Of a stretch of DNA of 64,000 nt, positions 39,400-53,694 are shown piece by piece (the stretch's first letter is position 1; the number at the start of each line of letters is the position of its first letter). This stretch comes from Marsupella aquatica (Eukaryota; Plantae; Marchantiophyta): the NCBI GenBank assembly GCA_973895155.1, contig OZ316891.1, forward strand, positions 11,285,875 through 11,349,874, in the 5' to 3' direction. The position numbers and the translations under genes were made by a program. The notes under the pieces were generated by a model. That model searched no databases. It was not told where the DNA came from and worked only from the letters and a program-made list of their open reading frames with translations.

Positions 39400-40249
39400 G
39401 GACAATTAAACTTCTACAATATTCAAGGTTTGTTTTCTAATCCTAAAGTTTGAGTCATACAATCATGCACTTGATGATGAGTGCCTTGTCTTCTTGTACT
39501 CAAGATTCTCAACAAGTAAGTGGGCCTGTACATGCAACTTTATAATGACAATTTATTTTGCATAATTTGTTCTTGAACTGCAATTGTGGATGCAGGCAGA
39601 CTCCAAAGTGCTGGACATTGGGGAAGAAATGATGTACTGGTATAATTGCCTGAGAAAAGCGTTGCACATTTTGGTCTTTTGCCCTTGGGTGAGAGGATTA
39701 CGGTAGCTCGGCTAAGTTGATGACTTGTTGAATTTTGTGGAGCATTGGGCCATTAGGTGGACTGTGTGTTATGATAGCCTGTTGGCTTCTTGTTTTTGGG
39801 CATTGCACTGCTCGGTTGTTGCCTCATTCTGCCACAAAGACTTTCATATCAACAAAAAATCTTCATTACCTCATTTTGGATGAGGAACTAAGTGTCCTGA
39901 ATTTTGAAAAGCATATATACTTGCAGAAGCCGTCTGAATAAGTTGCCTATACCATTGCCAATGCAAGAACGGGCAATTCATATTGACCCTTGTTCTATGC
40001 CTCCCTATGAAGAGTGCAATTGTGCCCACTATATATGTGACCAAAAGAGAGTATTTAAGGTAGCCATTTTGCTACTATTCTCATTGCGATGGTGAGTTGC
40101 ACGCTCTCAACTTTTGTGTTAGACAAACGTTCTTAACTATAGTCTCATGATCACCACAATGAATACTAAAATTTGGTGATTATTCCTAAAGTGAGTTAAA
40201 GTATGAAATACTATAATTTAGAATTTAGAATTTATAAGGTCCTCTTAAG

Positions 40250-43200
40250 TGGTATCAAGCTATCCCCAAGATTGAATGGAGTTTCAAGGATGGCTTAGAA
40301 GAAAAAGGGGGCAAACAAGTGACGGCCTGGACGTCCTTTTGTGAGGGTCACGTCAATGGCGTCTCTTCCATGACAACCTTAGACATAAAGACGACAGTTA
40401 CAAGGTGGCCAACCCAAATACAAGTGACATCCCTTTTAACGACGTCCAGCCTTTGACCCTAAGACAACATCGCCCACGCTAGCTCCTATAGATCCCTCCT
40501 CCTCAGCAAATCCATCTATCCCTATTCTTGTCACCCCAGAACTGGATCTATCTGCCCCCACCCCCACCCATATAGAGGGAGACCCTTGCCCAAACCCTAG
40601 TAGGCATGACCCGGTGAACCCAAGAAACTTTGGTCCGGGGACATATTTGAATGGGTTGCTCGACAACTTCTCCGTGGAAGCCGGTCAAGATATGGGGGTG
40701 TTTATGGCCTGCAAGGTGGCTTACTTCTTCAACCAAGAATTGGTTGCAGCTAGTAAAGGCAGGGCATGCCCAGTCTAAAGCCGCAAGGAGGATAGAGCAG
40801 TATCAAGGCAACCCAATTGTTAAATGAAGCCTCAGCCCAAGAGGCCAAGCTGCAACTGCTATAGCCCTAACTTGCAACCGCCTTGGCCCAGATCACCAAA
40901 GCTAAAGCCAAGACAGCCCTAGCCACACAAGCTGGAGCTGGAAAGGATGCAAAGGTTGCGCGGCTACAGACACAAATTGATAGCTTGAAGGGACAAGCTA
41001 TCATCTGGAAGAAGGACGCGAAGAAAGTCGGCACTCCAGTCCAAAGAGATACATCAGAGGTTGACGTCCTGAAGGTGGAGGTGGCACAGCTTCTACAAGA
41101 AGCCACAAAACAAGACCAACTGGTGGTACAACTGACGAGCAACACCCAATAGTTGGAAGAGGCATGCCAGGATGCCGCGGAGGAGATGCCTGGGCATGAC
41201 AAAAAGAGAGAACAAGTCTATCTTAGATCAAGTCCAGCTACTCAAGCATGACGTAGATTGTTTGAGGAGACAGCGGGATGACCGTTCCAGGTCCAATAAG
41301 GTGGGTCTAGCAAGTGTGCAACACATTAGCAGCGGGGAAGGTTTAGAGTATAGACATGATTAGACAGAGAGGTCATCCGTTGAAGACAAACGCCAAATAT
41401 AGTTATCGGCATTGTCTTATCGGATCGACCCCACTTAGCGTATATAGAATCTTAGGATAGGACACGACATTTTGTGATCTGACAATTAGAGAAACCTAGG
41501 ATAGGTTAGACTTGGCGTCGTGACCGTTCATGGCCATAGCCCTTAGAAAATATTTAGTGCACCCCCTCGTAGAGGCAATGGGATTTTAGGTTTAGAATCG
41601 GGTATCCACAGAATGTGCGGGAGTCCCGGCCAGTCGCGAAACTCGACTACCTTAACACTTAGCTCCGGCGTCGCTAACTCCGACGCCGAGCTCCCTTATG
41701 GTCCAGGCCCAAATAGGCCATCCGGGGAGGACTTAGCATGGGGAGACTTGTGAGTGACGAGACGTGTCGCTAGCGAAGGCAAGGAGCCAAGCTGGTGACA
41801 CACACTAAGGACTTGGGCTAGCTGAGAGCTGGTCGGGTCAAGGGGATATGGGTCGGGCTCAAGGACGACCATCCGGACCTCTAGATGGACCTTGAGTTTT
41901 GAGGGCTTGAGGGTGAGCTCCTCTTGGGCCCAAGGCCCATGGAGTTGACACCATGGGCAACGGACGCTTGGGGCGCAAGTTACGGCCCGATCCGGGTTGG
42001 GCCGATCGGGGACCCCAAGCGGCGATGAGACCTGAGGGCCTAGGCATGAGCACTGGTTTGACCCAATCACAACGGGCTAAGGCACTCCGCTTGCGGATGC
42101 CTAACGAGAAAGTTATGGGCGTTGCTAGTTGGTGGCGCGCCCATTATGCGCGATACAATCCGGGTTGGGGGCCAAATGTTTAGGGACCAAAGCTGGTCCG
42201 GGGGTGGCAGGTCTCCAGAAGCATATATGAGGGGAGTGGTGTCTCCCTAGGGGCTACGGGCGAGCCAAAGTCGTGAGCCGCGACGGTTGCGACACTAAGG
42301 GAAACTGTCAAACGGAAATGACGATATCTTCCCAACGGGAAATCCGTTGGAGGACTTATTGGGTGCGTTAGAAAGCTCTTGAGAAGGGCTACGCCCTCTT
42401 GAGCTCAGATAGGTCTGGGGGCACCTTGGGTTCTTGGAGTTTGCGGGTGTTAACTCATCTGCTTGCCAAATCCTGCCGAACAGCAGCCAAGTCGCGTTCA
42501 GTCTCCCAAGGGAGCTTGCGTAGGGGAGGCAAGGCCAAGTAGGTATGGAGGTTGAGTTCCAAAAGTACTCGGTCCCTAGACCATCAGTGGGGCGAACCGA
42601 GAGTTGGTCGTTTGTGTCGGGACCATTCTGGTCCGGGCATGTTGGGACAAGCTTTAGGACAAGCTACGCTATTTGGGCCATGAGCATGTCGTGAGGTTAG
42701 GGCGGTCAGTTGGTGATGGATAGGTACGAGGGGGAACCCGGGCCACGCCCAAGGAAGGAGCTGTTCTAGACGGACAGTGGACGTGGGTTTTGGTTCCAGC
42801 TTATGGCATCGGGAGGATCTATCACTGACCTATTTACCAATGTCTATTGAGCTTGAGCTTGGATGCTAGACTTAGCGAGTTCTAGATCCCGAAGGGTTAC
42901 TTACCGAGGTGCTTGGTTGCTTGTGCAAACAGTGGAGGCCGTTGAGTAGCGGTCGTGTAGGTGAGCAAGTGCAGTTTCGTATGGGAGTGGCCGCTGGTGA
43001 TGCAAGGGGCACTAGGGGGCTTGCTCGAGGTATTCCATGGAGGCGTTTGGGCACCAGGGGCACTTAGGTGTGAGTGCTGGGATTGGTGAGGGCGTTGGGT
43101 GGCTAGGTCCACCACTCGGCCTTTGTGGATAAAGAGCACCAAGGGGTGAATGTACAACTAATCTTGTCCGGCGAGTGCGAAGCCGGGCTCCGTTGTAGTG

Positions 43201-43560
43201 TACAGCTTGCTGCCATTGGGCCTGCTAGTTTAGGAGAAGTTGAGTCAACCGTGTTCATGTGTATGACGGATTTTGAAGTAAAGTTTTTCCCCACCATTTC
43301 CTTTGTGTAAATTGGGATTGTATGTTGTGAAGTCAAGTGGCAGTTTTCAATCTCGTATACGGGTAGAAAATGCTTGGCTGAATCAATGCATTATGCAAGC
43401 TACGCATGGGAAGTCAATTTTGGATAGTGGTTCATTGCAAGCCCGGGTTGGACACTTGTATCATCGGATCCGGATCGGAGGCAGACAACACAAAGGCTTA
43501 GAAGTCCTTAAGCTGGGGTCGATCCAACTATCAACTTAAGATACATTTTGGCAGAAAAAC
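40250..43560 (+). mobile_element. Degenerate LTR-retrotransposon-like remnant
   Basis: PBS-like TGGTATCAAGC at 40250-40260 (resembles tRNA-Met PBS TGGTATCAGAGC), decayed coiled-coil ORF fragments at 40860-41360, and a GC-rich non-coding block. No RT or integrase motif and no paired LTRs seen. Confidence 0.4.
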
Positions 43561-44129
43561 ACAAAGTATACCTGTGGTAAGTGTGTATGTATAGTCAAGT
43601 GCTCTTAGCGCTAGTTTATGGGAATAAGTACAAATTGTGCATCCCTCCTTGCCTGAACCCTCAATACTAACGAAGCTTATGCCAACCTAAGCCAAAATCC
43701 TTGTAAGGATTGACCTTTTGGTGTGACGTATTGAATTAGAGAAGCTTTCTTTTTCCTGAAATTGGAGAAGCTACGGAAATCCCAGCTTTGCCTACTTAGT
43801 TAGTGTCGCTTCATTCAAGAAAGCAAGATTGAGGGGTACTAAATTCTCTCCTTTAATTTCTCCATTCCCAAGAATTGAGCCCCACTAAAAGACAAGAGGT
43901 CCAAAGTGTCACATAAAATATATGGATATGATATATTAATCTTGAGTTAATCACATAAGGGACGCCCCAATCATCTAGGAAGTGTGCACGCCATTCTTGG
44001 AAGTGTGTCCAACATTTTTGGAAGTGTATTCAACCAACTCTGAATGACATTTCTGAAAGATAGGGCCTCATCGTAAGGAGAGGAAATTTTGGGACCCTAC
44101 TGATCTTCTCCTTCAATCTCTCCCCTAGC

Positions 44130-45438
44130 TTGAAGGTTGTGTGTGCAGCTACCCTGAACTGTCTACTTAGGGGATGGGAGCTCTCCCATTGTCATCTCCA
44201 CTTTATCACAGCTGCTCGGAAAATTCCTTGTTCCCTCTCAATTGCACAATTTCTCCTCCTTATGGAGTAGCACCTAACTGTCACAGACACTGAGATGCGT
44301 GAAGGTATGAGTTTTCTTGCAACCAACAAGGTTTTCACTGTGGAAGATCTCTCCACACCTGGTCTTGGCTGGAAAACTCTAGAACAGGTCCAAGGTTTGC
44401 TACGATTGACCCGACATAGTGCTACCCGACTTCTTCCACAAATTCTTGGTCTTTTGAACTCCTCCAAGGGGTCAACAACGGGGAGACTCCTCACATCTGA
44501 GGGGTGGGTTTGGAAATGGCCCAATGGTGTGAAAAGAGGATGGCACCTTCCTACCAAGACGTGGGCAGCAATGGTGCAACCCCAACTTACCCCACGGCCC
44601 AACTCAACCGTAGGTGGTTCTCTCTTGACACACAAGACCCGGGACAAGACCTCTGGAGGAGCGATGGACGCATCTATGGAAAGGTTGGACCTCAACTAGT
44701 GTTAAACTTGTCTTTTGGAAGGTGCTTCATCAGGGTTCTAATTTGCATGCTTTGAAATGGAAAGTTAGTGATGGCCATTGCACCGCCTGCCAAGGACACA
44801 TGGAGACCCCATTGAGCACATGTTCTATGACTGTCCTAGGCTGCGGTCCCAGTGGACCCATCTTTAAATCATTGCTATTGCCACCAGTCTGAACAAGGCT
44901 GTTGGATGCTCCTTGTTTGGCAAGATTGACACTGCTATTAGGTCCCATCCAAAAGCGCAACCCTGGCTTCCTTCTCCTCATCCATGAGATGCTACCTCTA
45001 CCAGGTTTCCATTGCACATCATCCTCAAAGATGTTGCTGTTCAAGTTCATGCTAGCCTTCAGCGGACTCACAGTGTGTAGAAGGCCAGACGGCTACATCA
45101 AACCATTCTTGAACTCATTGAACTGACTGCTAGGACTTCTACTGGCACTAGTCCCGCATAGCTGAGGTCTTTGCTGTTGGAACCCTGCTCATTCTAGTGT
45201 GGAGGCCCCCCTTTGCCTGCGGGTGGTGCGTTGTTTGTCTGTTGTTAGTGTAACTTAGTTTTTTTGCTTTCTCCCCCCTTAGCGCTTCTTTAGGAGGTGA
45301 CCTTGTGTTCTGTTGGGGTGGTTTTTGGCATTTAGTGGTCGTTTGGGGTGTGTGTGGCCCTTTGTGTGGTTTGTCGTCTCCCTTGCTGGTTTTCGTCACG
45401 GTGGCTTCTCTAATAAACACGTGTTTTCTATAAAAAAA
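44130..45438 (+). mobile_element. 5'-truncated L1-type LINE (3' end with zf-RVT remnant)
   Basis: Frameshifted RLWKGW...VKLVFWKVLHQG...HCTACQGHMET..H (~44670-44830) matches the zf-RVT pattern. T-rich 3' UTR, AATAAA at 45412 and A7 tail at 45432-45438. 5' boundary approximate. Confidence 0.75.
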
Positions 45439-45974
45439 GTAACTAGAAATTATTTAAACAATAAAAATTATCAATGGGTCCTTTCGAGAATTACCCAAAA
45501 TGTTTGGGTTCACTTTTGAGAAAGATGCATGATATATTGAGCAACTGAGAATAGACTAAGTTTATACTGTCTAGGAAAAAGAAAGTATATTGCAAACATT
45601 AGCACATACACCATTGCGGCCTTATTAGTTCTGCTGATGCTTCATAAGCCTGTATTTCAATTTTGCAAGCCACAGAATGGTCATCATTGTAGTAAAGACT
45701 TTACAAAGCCATAACAAAGCACATAAATCATACCACCTTTTACTGGATTCCATGCAAATAGCTAGGTATCATCATTTTGGACATAATAGCAACACTAATG
45801 CTGTGCTGGTTCATTTTGAGTGGTGAATCCTCAAAAGCCCAAGTGGGCAAGTTGCGCCTTCTCTTCTGGTTAGGACAGATCCAATTCTCAGTTTGTTTCA
45901 TCCAATTGAGGCATGATCTTAACTGTGTGAGTACAATACTCAGCAATTAAAAACAGAGCTCTTTGCATATCATC

Positions 45975-46465
45975 CAGTACCCCATAGTTCCCCAAATATT
46001 ATAGAGTATACAAGACTAATTCTGTAGATTATCAAATTGTACCCAAAATGCCCCATAGCACAGTCTTAGAGTACTCCAAAGTACTATAGATTATGAAAGG
46101 GTAGCCAAAATGTCTCTGAATATCTAGAGGATGAATCTTTGAGTACCCCATATGTCATAAAATGACCCACATTCCTCTGCTTTACCAAAGGGTAGCCAAA
46201 TTGTCTCTGAATATTTAGAGTGTCTTAGAGTACCCCAAATATCATAAAATACCCCATAGTCCTTTACATTACCAAAGGGCACTCAAAATGTCCCTTATAT
46301 AATATATTGAGTGACCCATAGCACCCTACATATCATAGAGGGCTTCGTAGTACCCAGGAGTACTCCAAATATCATAGAGTACCTAAGAGTACTCTAGATT
46401 ATTTACCAAAGGGTACCCAAAATGTCACCAAAAATCATAGAGTACCCTATTACCCAAATACCCAG
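45975..46465. repeat. Degenerate short-period tandem repeat (AGAGTACCCC/AAATATCATA modules)
   Basis: Recurrent GAGTACCC, CCAAAGGGTA and AAATATCATAGAG motifs. Confidence 0.65.
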
Positions 46466-47598
46466 GGTAAGTCTGCAAACTGTCCATAAGCAAATGCTAT
46501 CCAAAAATGTTTTTGGCATCTGGAATGAAGACTCATTGGTTAAGGAAAGAAAAAACCCACCAAGAATTACAAAACATCACAAAACTTGATGTGTTATACC
46601 AAGAGTTAACCTTTGTTGATAGATTACCCTATTACTTATTATTTAAGATTATACATATATATTTCTTTAATGTTGTACTTACATATGTATCATTCATAAT
46701 TAAGTTCACTTCTAACCACGGTAAGTTGACAAAAATTCAGGAACTCTCATTGGCTCCATGTTTGCACGGGTGTTTATATTTTTTCCATCTTGGTTAAACC
46801 GTACCTCCAATAAAATTTGCACATCATGCATGTCAATCAAGCGTGTGTAAAAAACTTACGCACACATCTCAAGTGTGTGTAAAAAATTACACACGTGTGT
46901 AAAAAATTACACATCTCAATCATTTGCGCCTCATTTAAAAATTTGCACCTCATTCCAAATATTTGCACATATTTGAAGTGCTTGAGAAAACTTTGCGTCT
47001 ACCTCTTAAACTTGGCCGTTCAAAAACTTTGTAACTTAGAAAGAAAATAAAAGCACACTCACATCCATTGTTGAGGCTTTTTATTTCCCATTCCTCTTCT
47101 ACATTTTTGAGGTAAGCTTTTTTTCCTACAATATTAGGCGTAATTTTTGTCATCTCCTCGGTAATGTGAGAAATATAAATCTAGAAAAGTCCACAAAAAA
47201 TTGTTTTGTTGTATGACAATTTTTTATTTAAGTCTTGAATAATAAGATTTATTCAAAAATGAACTAATGATATAAAATTTATTTAACTCATAAATGAGGA
47301 AAATTAATATTTTAATCAGTCAAATCTGTTCAGATGTTATTTAAGAAATTTTGAAAAAATTAATTATGAACTATAAAAATATTGGTCACCCCTTCTTCAT
47401 TGACCAATATGTTTCTTCTTTTTAACAATATATTTTTGTTTTTGAAGGAAAAACACTCTGCAACATTTGGTATTCCGTAGTTGTGGCGTTCAAAAATTAA
47501 TGGAAATTTGTGTTCCCATGACAAATGAAATTATAGACAATTGAACTTAACGTCCATTTAACACATCGCTCTGGTGGTATAGTGTTTGAATTGGAAGA

Positions 47599-47717
47599 TG
47601 TGTTCGAGTTTTTAAACCTTTACACGAAAGGTACAAAATTCATGAAACATATACAAAGCTGTGTTCGAGTTTCTAAACTTTTACACTAACGGTACAAAAT
47701 TCATGAAACATATACAA
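47599..47717. repeat. Tandem duplication of ~61 bp
   Basis: TGTGTTCGAGTTT...GGTACAAAATTCATGAAACATATACAA occurs twice. Confidence 0.85.
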
Positions 47718-48403
47718 CTATAATATTCCAACACAAAGCCAATATTTGATCACAAGGCCCATTTTCAAACACAAAACCAAGTACCTACCTAAAGTGAGTC
47801 AAAACTTGCCTTAAACCCAGGCACATTATTCAAATTAAAAGACCCCCACATGGCCCACTATTGGAACACAGTTACATGGCTTTGTGTTTGGGAAGACTCT
47901 AGTTTGAGAGGCTTGAGATTCCTACTGGAGATGCAACCCGCTTTATGCTTGATCCTGCCGAAGAAAGGCAAGTGACTAAAGGGAAATCGACTCCATATTC
48001 CGCCCATATGCCGGTGTTGAGTAGATGATGTGCTGCTTTGTTAAGTTGCATGCTCGACATAAGTTGGTCCAGTCGACAGCAGATGCATCCTGAGGTAGAG
48101 TGCGGCATTCCAATAGCCAGTCCTCTGGAAGTGCCACAATGTTTTCGTTGTCAAGCTTTTCATCGATTTTATAAATTCTTAAAACGCATTTGGTCGAAAT
48201 GGCATCTTCGGATTCGCAAGCTTTGGAGCGCCCTTCGACAATAACGTTGTTTCACTTTCCGTTAATCCGTTAAGTGTCTGACCAATTAAGTTCTCAAAGC
48301 CCTGCGGATAAATTGTGTAGGATCATGTTGTGTACGACCAAACGCAGTTCACGGAAGGTACTGTACTTTTGGGCGCTTGAGCAATTTTAATCTTCAATCA
48401 TCA

Positions 48404-51334
48404 TCACACGACGGCAACAGGCTCAATCAACTTGATACCCCAGGGTATTTCCTCACAACTTTGAACATAAGGCAGTAGTTTTGCTGGATCCCTAGGCACA
48501 CCAGTTCTCTTGCAATCCATTAGCGGGGGTGTATGGAAGCACGGCTCCAAAGATCTGGCATATGTGCAAGATGGGTTCGGAACAGTGTAGTTGAAAGACC
48601 TGAACAGAATCCAAGGTTTTACGCCTGCTAGTCCCTGAGCAGAGTAGCCAAAAGTAGACCAGCCACTAGTAATCAACGCATCACTGAAGGAAAGCAGATA
48701 GATGTCAGCCCACGCCCTCAGATCATGCCCAAATGTGCCTGTCTTTTGCCAGCGTTCATGACTGGGTTGATGCACCGCCACGGATCGGCCATCCTCAGTT
48801 GGAGCAGACATGTAGAAGTCTCTTATTCGCTCATAGTACTCAGGTTGAAGGGAAGTCACCAAGATTGAAGTCACCTTGTCCGATCCTTGCTCGGCCGAAC
48901 CCTTGCTATTAATGTCCTCAAAATCCATGGTTGTTAAGTTGGGTAAGACCTTGTTCTCCAAAGCGCACCTCGTCAGCTGCTGTTGGAAATACGCCTGATG
49001 AGTATCATTGAATGTTCGGATCTGTATTCCCACCTGTTTACCATTGTTTGCAAGGTACCCTTTTCGGAACCGATTGATCCAACCCCAAGCGATATTAGAA
49101 GGATGGAAGAGGTACCTGCCCAGGATATGGAATATAGCTTCCTTGTCAGAGAAGAGGCCATCGAGCTGAGGTCGGAATGAAGAGAGAAAATACAGTCCAG
49201 GAACTATATAGTTGTTGGCCCTCATGAATAACCAAGGGATTGGGAGCAGGTAATCCTGCGCCTGATCACAAAAGAACATCCGATCATGGAGGTTGTATGT
49301 GTGGGTCAGATGAACATAACTATACGCTGGAGAAGGGGCACTCGTATTGAACTGCTTTCCGAATCTGTGCTCTGATTTCTCATTCAAACTTGCCAACCAA
49401 GTGTGCGGAAATGCTGGCGGAACGAGCCATGACGTCCCTGGAAAAGGCTCACAGAAGAGCTCGCTCATGTCTGTGCTCCTGTCTACTAGTAAAATTCGGT
49501 TCGTCAGGAGGGCGTACAAGAAAGCAGAGACCAGCGATAGCAGCCTATTCCCCAAGCCACTGTACGCAATCCAAACGACAAATCGACAGTCTCCACTGTC
49601 TGCGGCAGAGCTTTCCTTTTGCAGGATATCATTCTTGAAATAATCTGCCAAGCTAGCGCATTTCCTGTGACGAGCCTCGTACTCTCGCAGCCGTTGTATT
49701 AGATGTGGCGTTGGTGTATGCTTCGTAGATCGATGACCTCGGCTGGCGCACTTGTCTTGTGGCTCAAACCTGCTGAAGTCTTCCAGAAGTCCTTCCATAG
49801 ACCTTTCCGCGTAAGTGCTCTTCGTCCCTGCCAATTCAACACACAGAATCGACGTAAGACGTCGACAATGAAGGCAAATTAGGATGTCCACACAATCTCG
49901 ACGAGCTCTACGGTATCATACATGAAATAGGGAGTTTATTACAACATGGAATTAAAACTTGGAGATATTATATTTCAGTGTGCAGATCGACGCCAAGCCA
50001 ATTGATTTGGAGTTACAAATGTCGTAGATGAAGCAAGCTGGTTCAACATTGTCAATGTTATTGTAATAATTTACTGTAATCCTGGGCTACTGAGATGATG
50101 ACATGGAGAATTATGTCTATCACGTTCAGATTATTTCAAATATGAGGAAAAAATTTGGAAACCTGCAAGCCACTAGCTAGACTCCGCCTGAAATAAAAAC
50201 TGGTAATTCTTGAATGGGTACCATAACAACTATTTTCGAACGTACCGCTAGCCCCGAAGGCCGGCATTTCATATATTTGAGAAATTAACTGAAGGAACGA
50301 GCTTGTAATAATTCGGAGGCTAGGACCCAACAATCCAGGTAGGCCCTCTGAAGCTGTACCAGAAGAGGAGGCTGACCGTTTCTACGTGACAAAACCATTG
50401 ATCAGTACCGAAAGTAGACAAATGGACGTATTGTGGTTAAACGGAAGCAGACATTGATCGGCTGACGTACTAGCTCGCAGAAAGATGTGGTGAGGCTTGG
50501 ATTTTGCATGTGTCAGAAGTGTAGACTTCACTCACCATATACACGTACGACACGCAGAATTTGCATCGACAAAACTGTTATCAAGCTAGAGGAGAATAGA
50601 CCATGGCAGCTAATAACCAGCACTACTGATTTCTCGGGAATCATGAAGCTAGGTCATGTTCTAACATTAAATTGCAGTATCTACGGCTAGCTTCCATATC
50701 TATGCTAGAGCTGGGCTGTGCTTTTGTATCCAAACGTGGCTTAGCTAATCCACCAACACTTGAAATTAACTTCGAGTTCTTAAAATGGGACTAGCGTAAG
50801 AAAGATCAAAGCTCGCCAGTCGTAGATGCAGATATGGGACGCATCTGAGACTCAAGACTGTATGTGGAATGAATGCAAGAGATACTAGATCCAAAACATA
50901 AACGTACCTCCTACGGTGATAGTATTTTGATCTTTTGGTCCGAAACCTGTGTTGGACAATTCTTGGAGAATGAGTTGTTGCTGGAGTCGATCCAAGGTTT
51001 GATTCTTCTTCGAGGGGGTAATGATCTCGGAGTTGGACTGGGCCAAGACGACAGATTGGTTCAAGTGGGCTTCGATGGTGAGAATGATCGTGAAGAGAAG
51101 CGTTCCAGCGATTGCTATCAACAAAATCCGCGTCACCTGCAGTATTGGCCCGCCAGTTTTCTTGTCGACACTGGTGCTGGTGTCCAAGCCCATCGTCTCG
51201 TTGTGTTTGTCAAAGAAGGTTTGTGGAAGGAGTGAAGTCTTCGTAGGACTAGGCCGGCGGGGGCAGGTGCCTCCAGGTTCTCCTCCTCCTAGCATCTGTG
51301 ATGACGGCCTCCTTGACCTTGGCGCGTCCGCCAT
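48404..51334 (-). CDS. GT37 galactoside 2-alpha-L-fucosyltransferase (xyloglucan FUT1/MUR2 family), 616 aa, two exons
   Basis: Exon 1 51334-50908 has an N-terminal TM anchor (ILLIAIAGTLLFTIIL). Intron 50907-49828 is GT..AG with consistent phase. Exon 2 49827-48404 has SGLGNRLLSLVSAFLYALLT, LFCEPFPGTSW, GIQIR, HQPSHE, LITSGWSTFGYSAQGLAG, SLEPCFH. Confidence 0.93.
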
Positions 51335-53014
51335 ACCATCCTCAGCTCAGCAACTTGTGTTTGATTTTGAGGTTGGTTGAAGTTGTGAACCAGTGAACTG
51401 TATTTAGACGAATGTCTCGATGAGCAACCTGCTGTCACAATCTAGCTACTAGTACGTTCACTCGCTTCTTGCTCAGCTTTGTAGTCGGATTGATGAATCG
51501 GTGGAGAAGCAGCTCGGCTATGCAGACACGCAGCCAGATCAACGGAACGTAAGGCCTTCTTACGAACCCGAAGTTTTGAGGAGCTGTGATTCCTTTCTCG
51601 GAGAAAGTTGTAGTACGTTCCCATGGAAGCATTTCTGCGTAGCTTTGAGTTCAAGCTAACATGGAGCTCAAGCTTACACAAGCATTTTAGCACGCTCTAT
51701 TTAGCACAACGAGAGGAAACAAGACCAACAGGGCACTTGAGCTAGGTCTCTATGTTGATAACAATTATAGCTAGAAAAGATCCAAGAATACAGCATCTTG
51801 GTTAGGACCACATGCCATGGTATTAGCAGGCCGATGCAAAGATTGTTTTGTGTAAAGACTGACTGAGCGATTGAGAACTTAAAGAAGATTCATGAATTGA
51901 AAGCTGCTCCTATGGAAATCATCATGCACAGTGTTTCTGCCAACGAACTTACATTGAGCTCTTGAGATCGAAACTCACACTTGCCGATGAAACAGTGCAA
52001 CACACATAGCAGAAATGCTTGAAATACTTCTGGTACTTCCGCACGACACACCAACTCCACCATCAGACCGCGGTAAGTTGTTTCAAGCTTCCAGTCAAAT
52101 CTCCGTTCACAAAATCTTCAGAGTGATCATTATCAAAATCCGAGCAACTTACTGCATAGTTTATCGTGAAACTTCGTCTCAACTCCGCGAATTATTGGAT
52201 CCCTAGCTCTAAGAGAAGACTAGAGTTGTCCGTTAGACACTGGCGAAGACTGAACAATGCGCATCGATTGATATCGTATATTGCACATCATCTCTTCACG
52301 TACATTGGTAAGTGCGTTGGTCAAGATCGACCAAAGGATGAATGCGTACAGGAACGTACGTCGTGAAACACATGAGTGAACGGAACACATCTCTCCAAGC
52401 TATCTTTCATGATTGCACCGGAATTTTCCGCCCGCGCGTTATGAGCTCCCTTCCTCGAAGTGTAAACGAAGCATAATGCCGCGACTCGGAGTTCAATGTG
52501 GGTTGGTTCGCTTCACATGACCATTTCTCCCTCCCAAGATTCTCAAGAAGTGCGTCACCACCATGCCTAACGTAGCTGCTTGGCTCGATCCAAGATGATG
52601 CTCGTGACTGTAGAAGTCCGTTATGATCGGCTCTGTTGGTGCAGCAAACTTCGTGGCTCCTCGGTCAATACTGCAAAAGCCCCCCACGCCATTCTCCTTA
52701 TTTTTAGGTCTTCCAATGTTATGTTCGCTATCTACAGTAGCTCAATTTGCCACCAATAACTTTCATCATCTTACTAATAAAGCTACTGTACGTCTAGAGT
52801 GAAACTCTCAATGGGAAAAAAATGAAGGTGGACCAGAAAAAAAGGGAATGGGAGCAAAGGTTAACAGAAGTGACATTAACTCTAGTATATTATGACAAAA
52901 CGTACTAAGAGTGACTCTCAATAGAGGCAAAATAGAAGTGAGGGTGAAAAAAACGACTGGATGGAGGCAAAGGTGAAAAGAGCTTCTATTTTTGTGGTAT
53001 TCAACTCTATTTAG

Positions 53015-53385
53015 GTTCAAAGAATGGGTAATTAATTAGGCAGGTTCAAAGAATGGGTAATTAGGCAGGTTCAAAGAATGGGTAATCAGGCTAGTAGGAA
53101 GGATATTCAGGCTAATGGGAGGGAACTGGTAATAAGGCAAAAACAGACTGGATGGAGGCAAAGGTGAACAAGAGCGTCTTTCTTTTACAAGATTTTTTTG
53201 TATTCACTCATCTCTATTTACTTTTTACTTTCAAAGAATGGGTAATCAGGTTAGCAGGAATGGATAATCAGGCTAGTAGAAAGGATATTCAGGCTAGTAG
53301 GAGGGAACGGGTAATAAGGCTAGTAGGAAGGAACGGGTTCAGGCTAGTAGGAGGGGATGGGGTAACAAGGCTAGTAGGAAGGAAA
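53015..53385. repeat. Short tandem repeats (CAGGTTCAAAGAATGGGTAAT; CAGGCTAGTAGGAAGG)
   Basis: Directly visible units of about 21-27 bp upstream of the fucosyltransferase gene. Confidence 0.85.
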
Positions 53386-53694
53386 TAGCAATTAATGCAA
53401 ACCCAACCAACTACAAAGTTATGGTCATACTTGTAATTCTCCAAGTTTTATGATAGTACTGTAATTATATATAAGAGAGTTTGTATTATGGAATAACATC
53501 TTGATGGAAATTATAACTACCACTCTGTATGGGCCTGGCATATTTTTCTGGGAACAGAATATGCCTCACTGATGGCAGCATACTTCTATCCCTGTCTAGC
53601 CCCATACAATCAGGTTTTGGCATGCCCAGTGCGAAACCCTTAATATTTTTACCAAAACATTAGAGTACCAACATACACAACAATGTGTTAGCTA

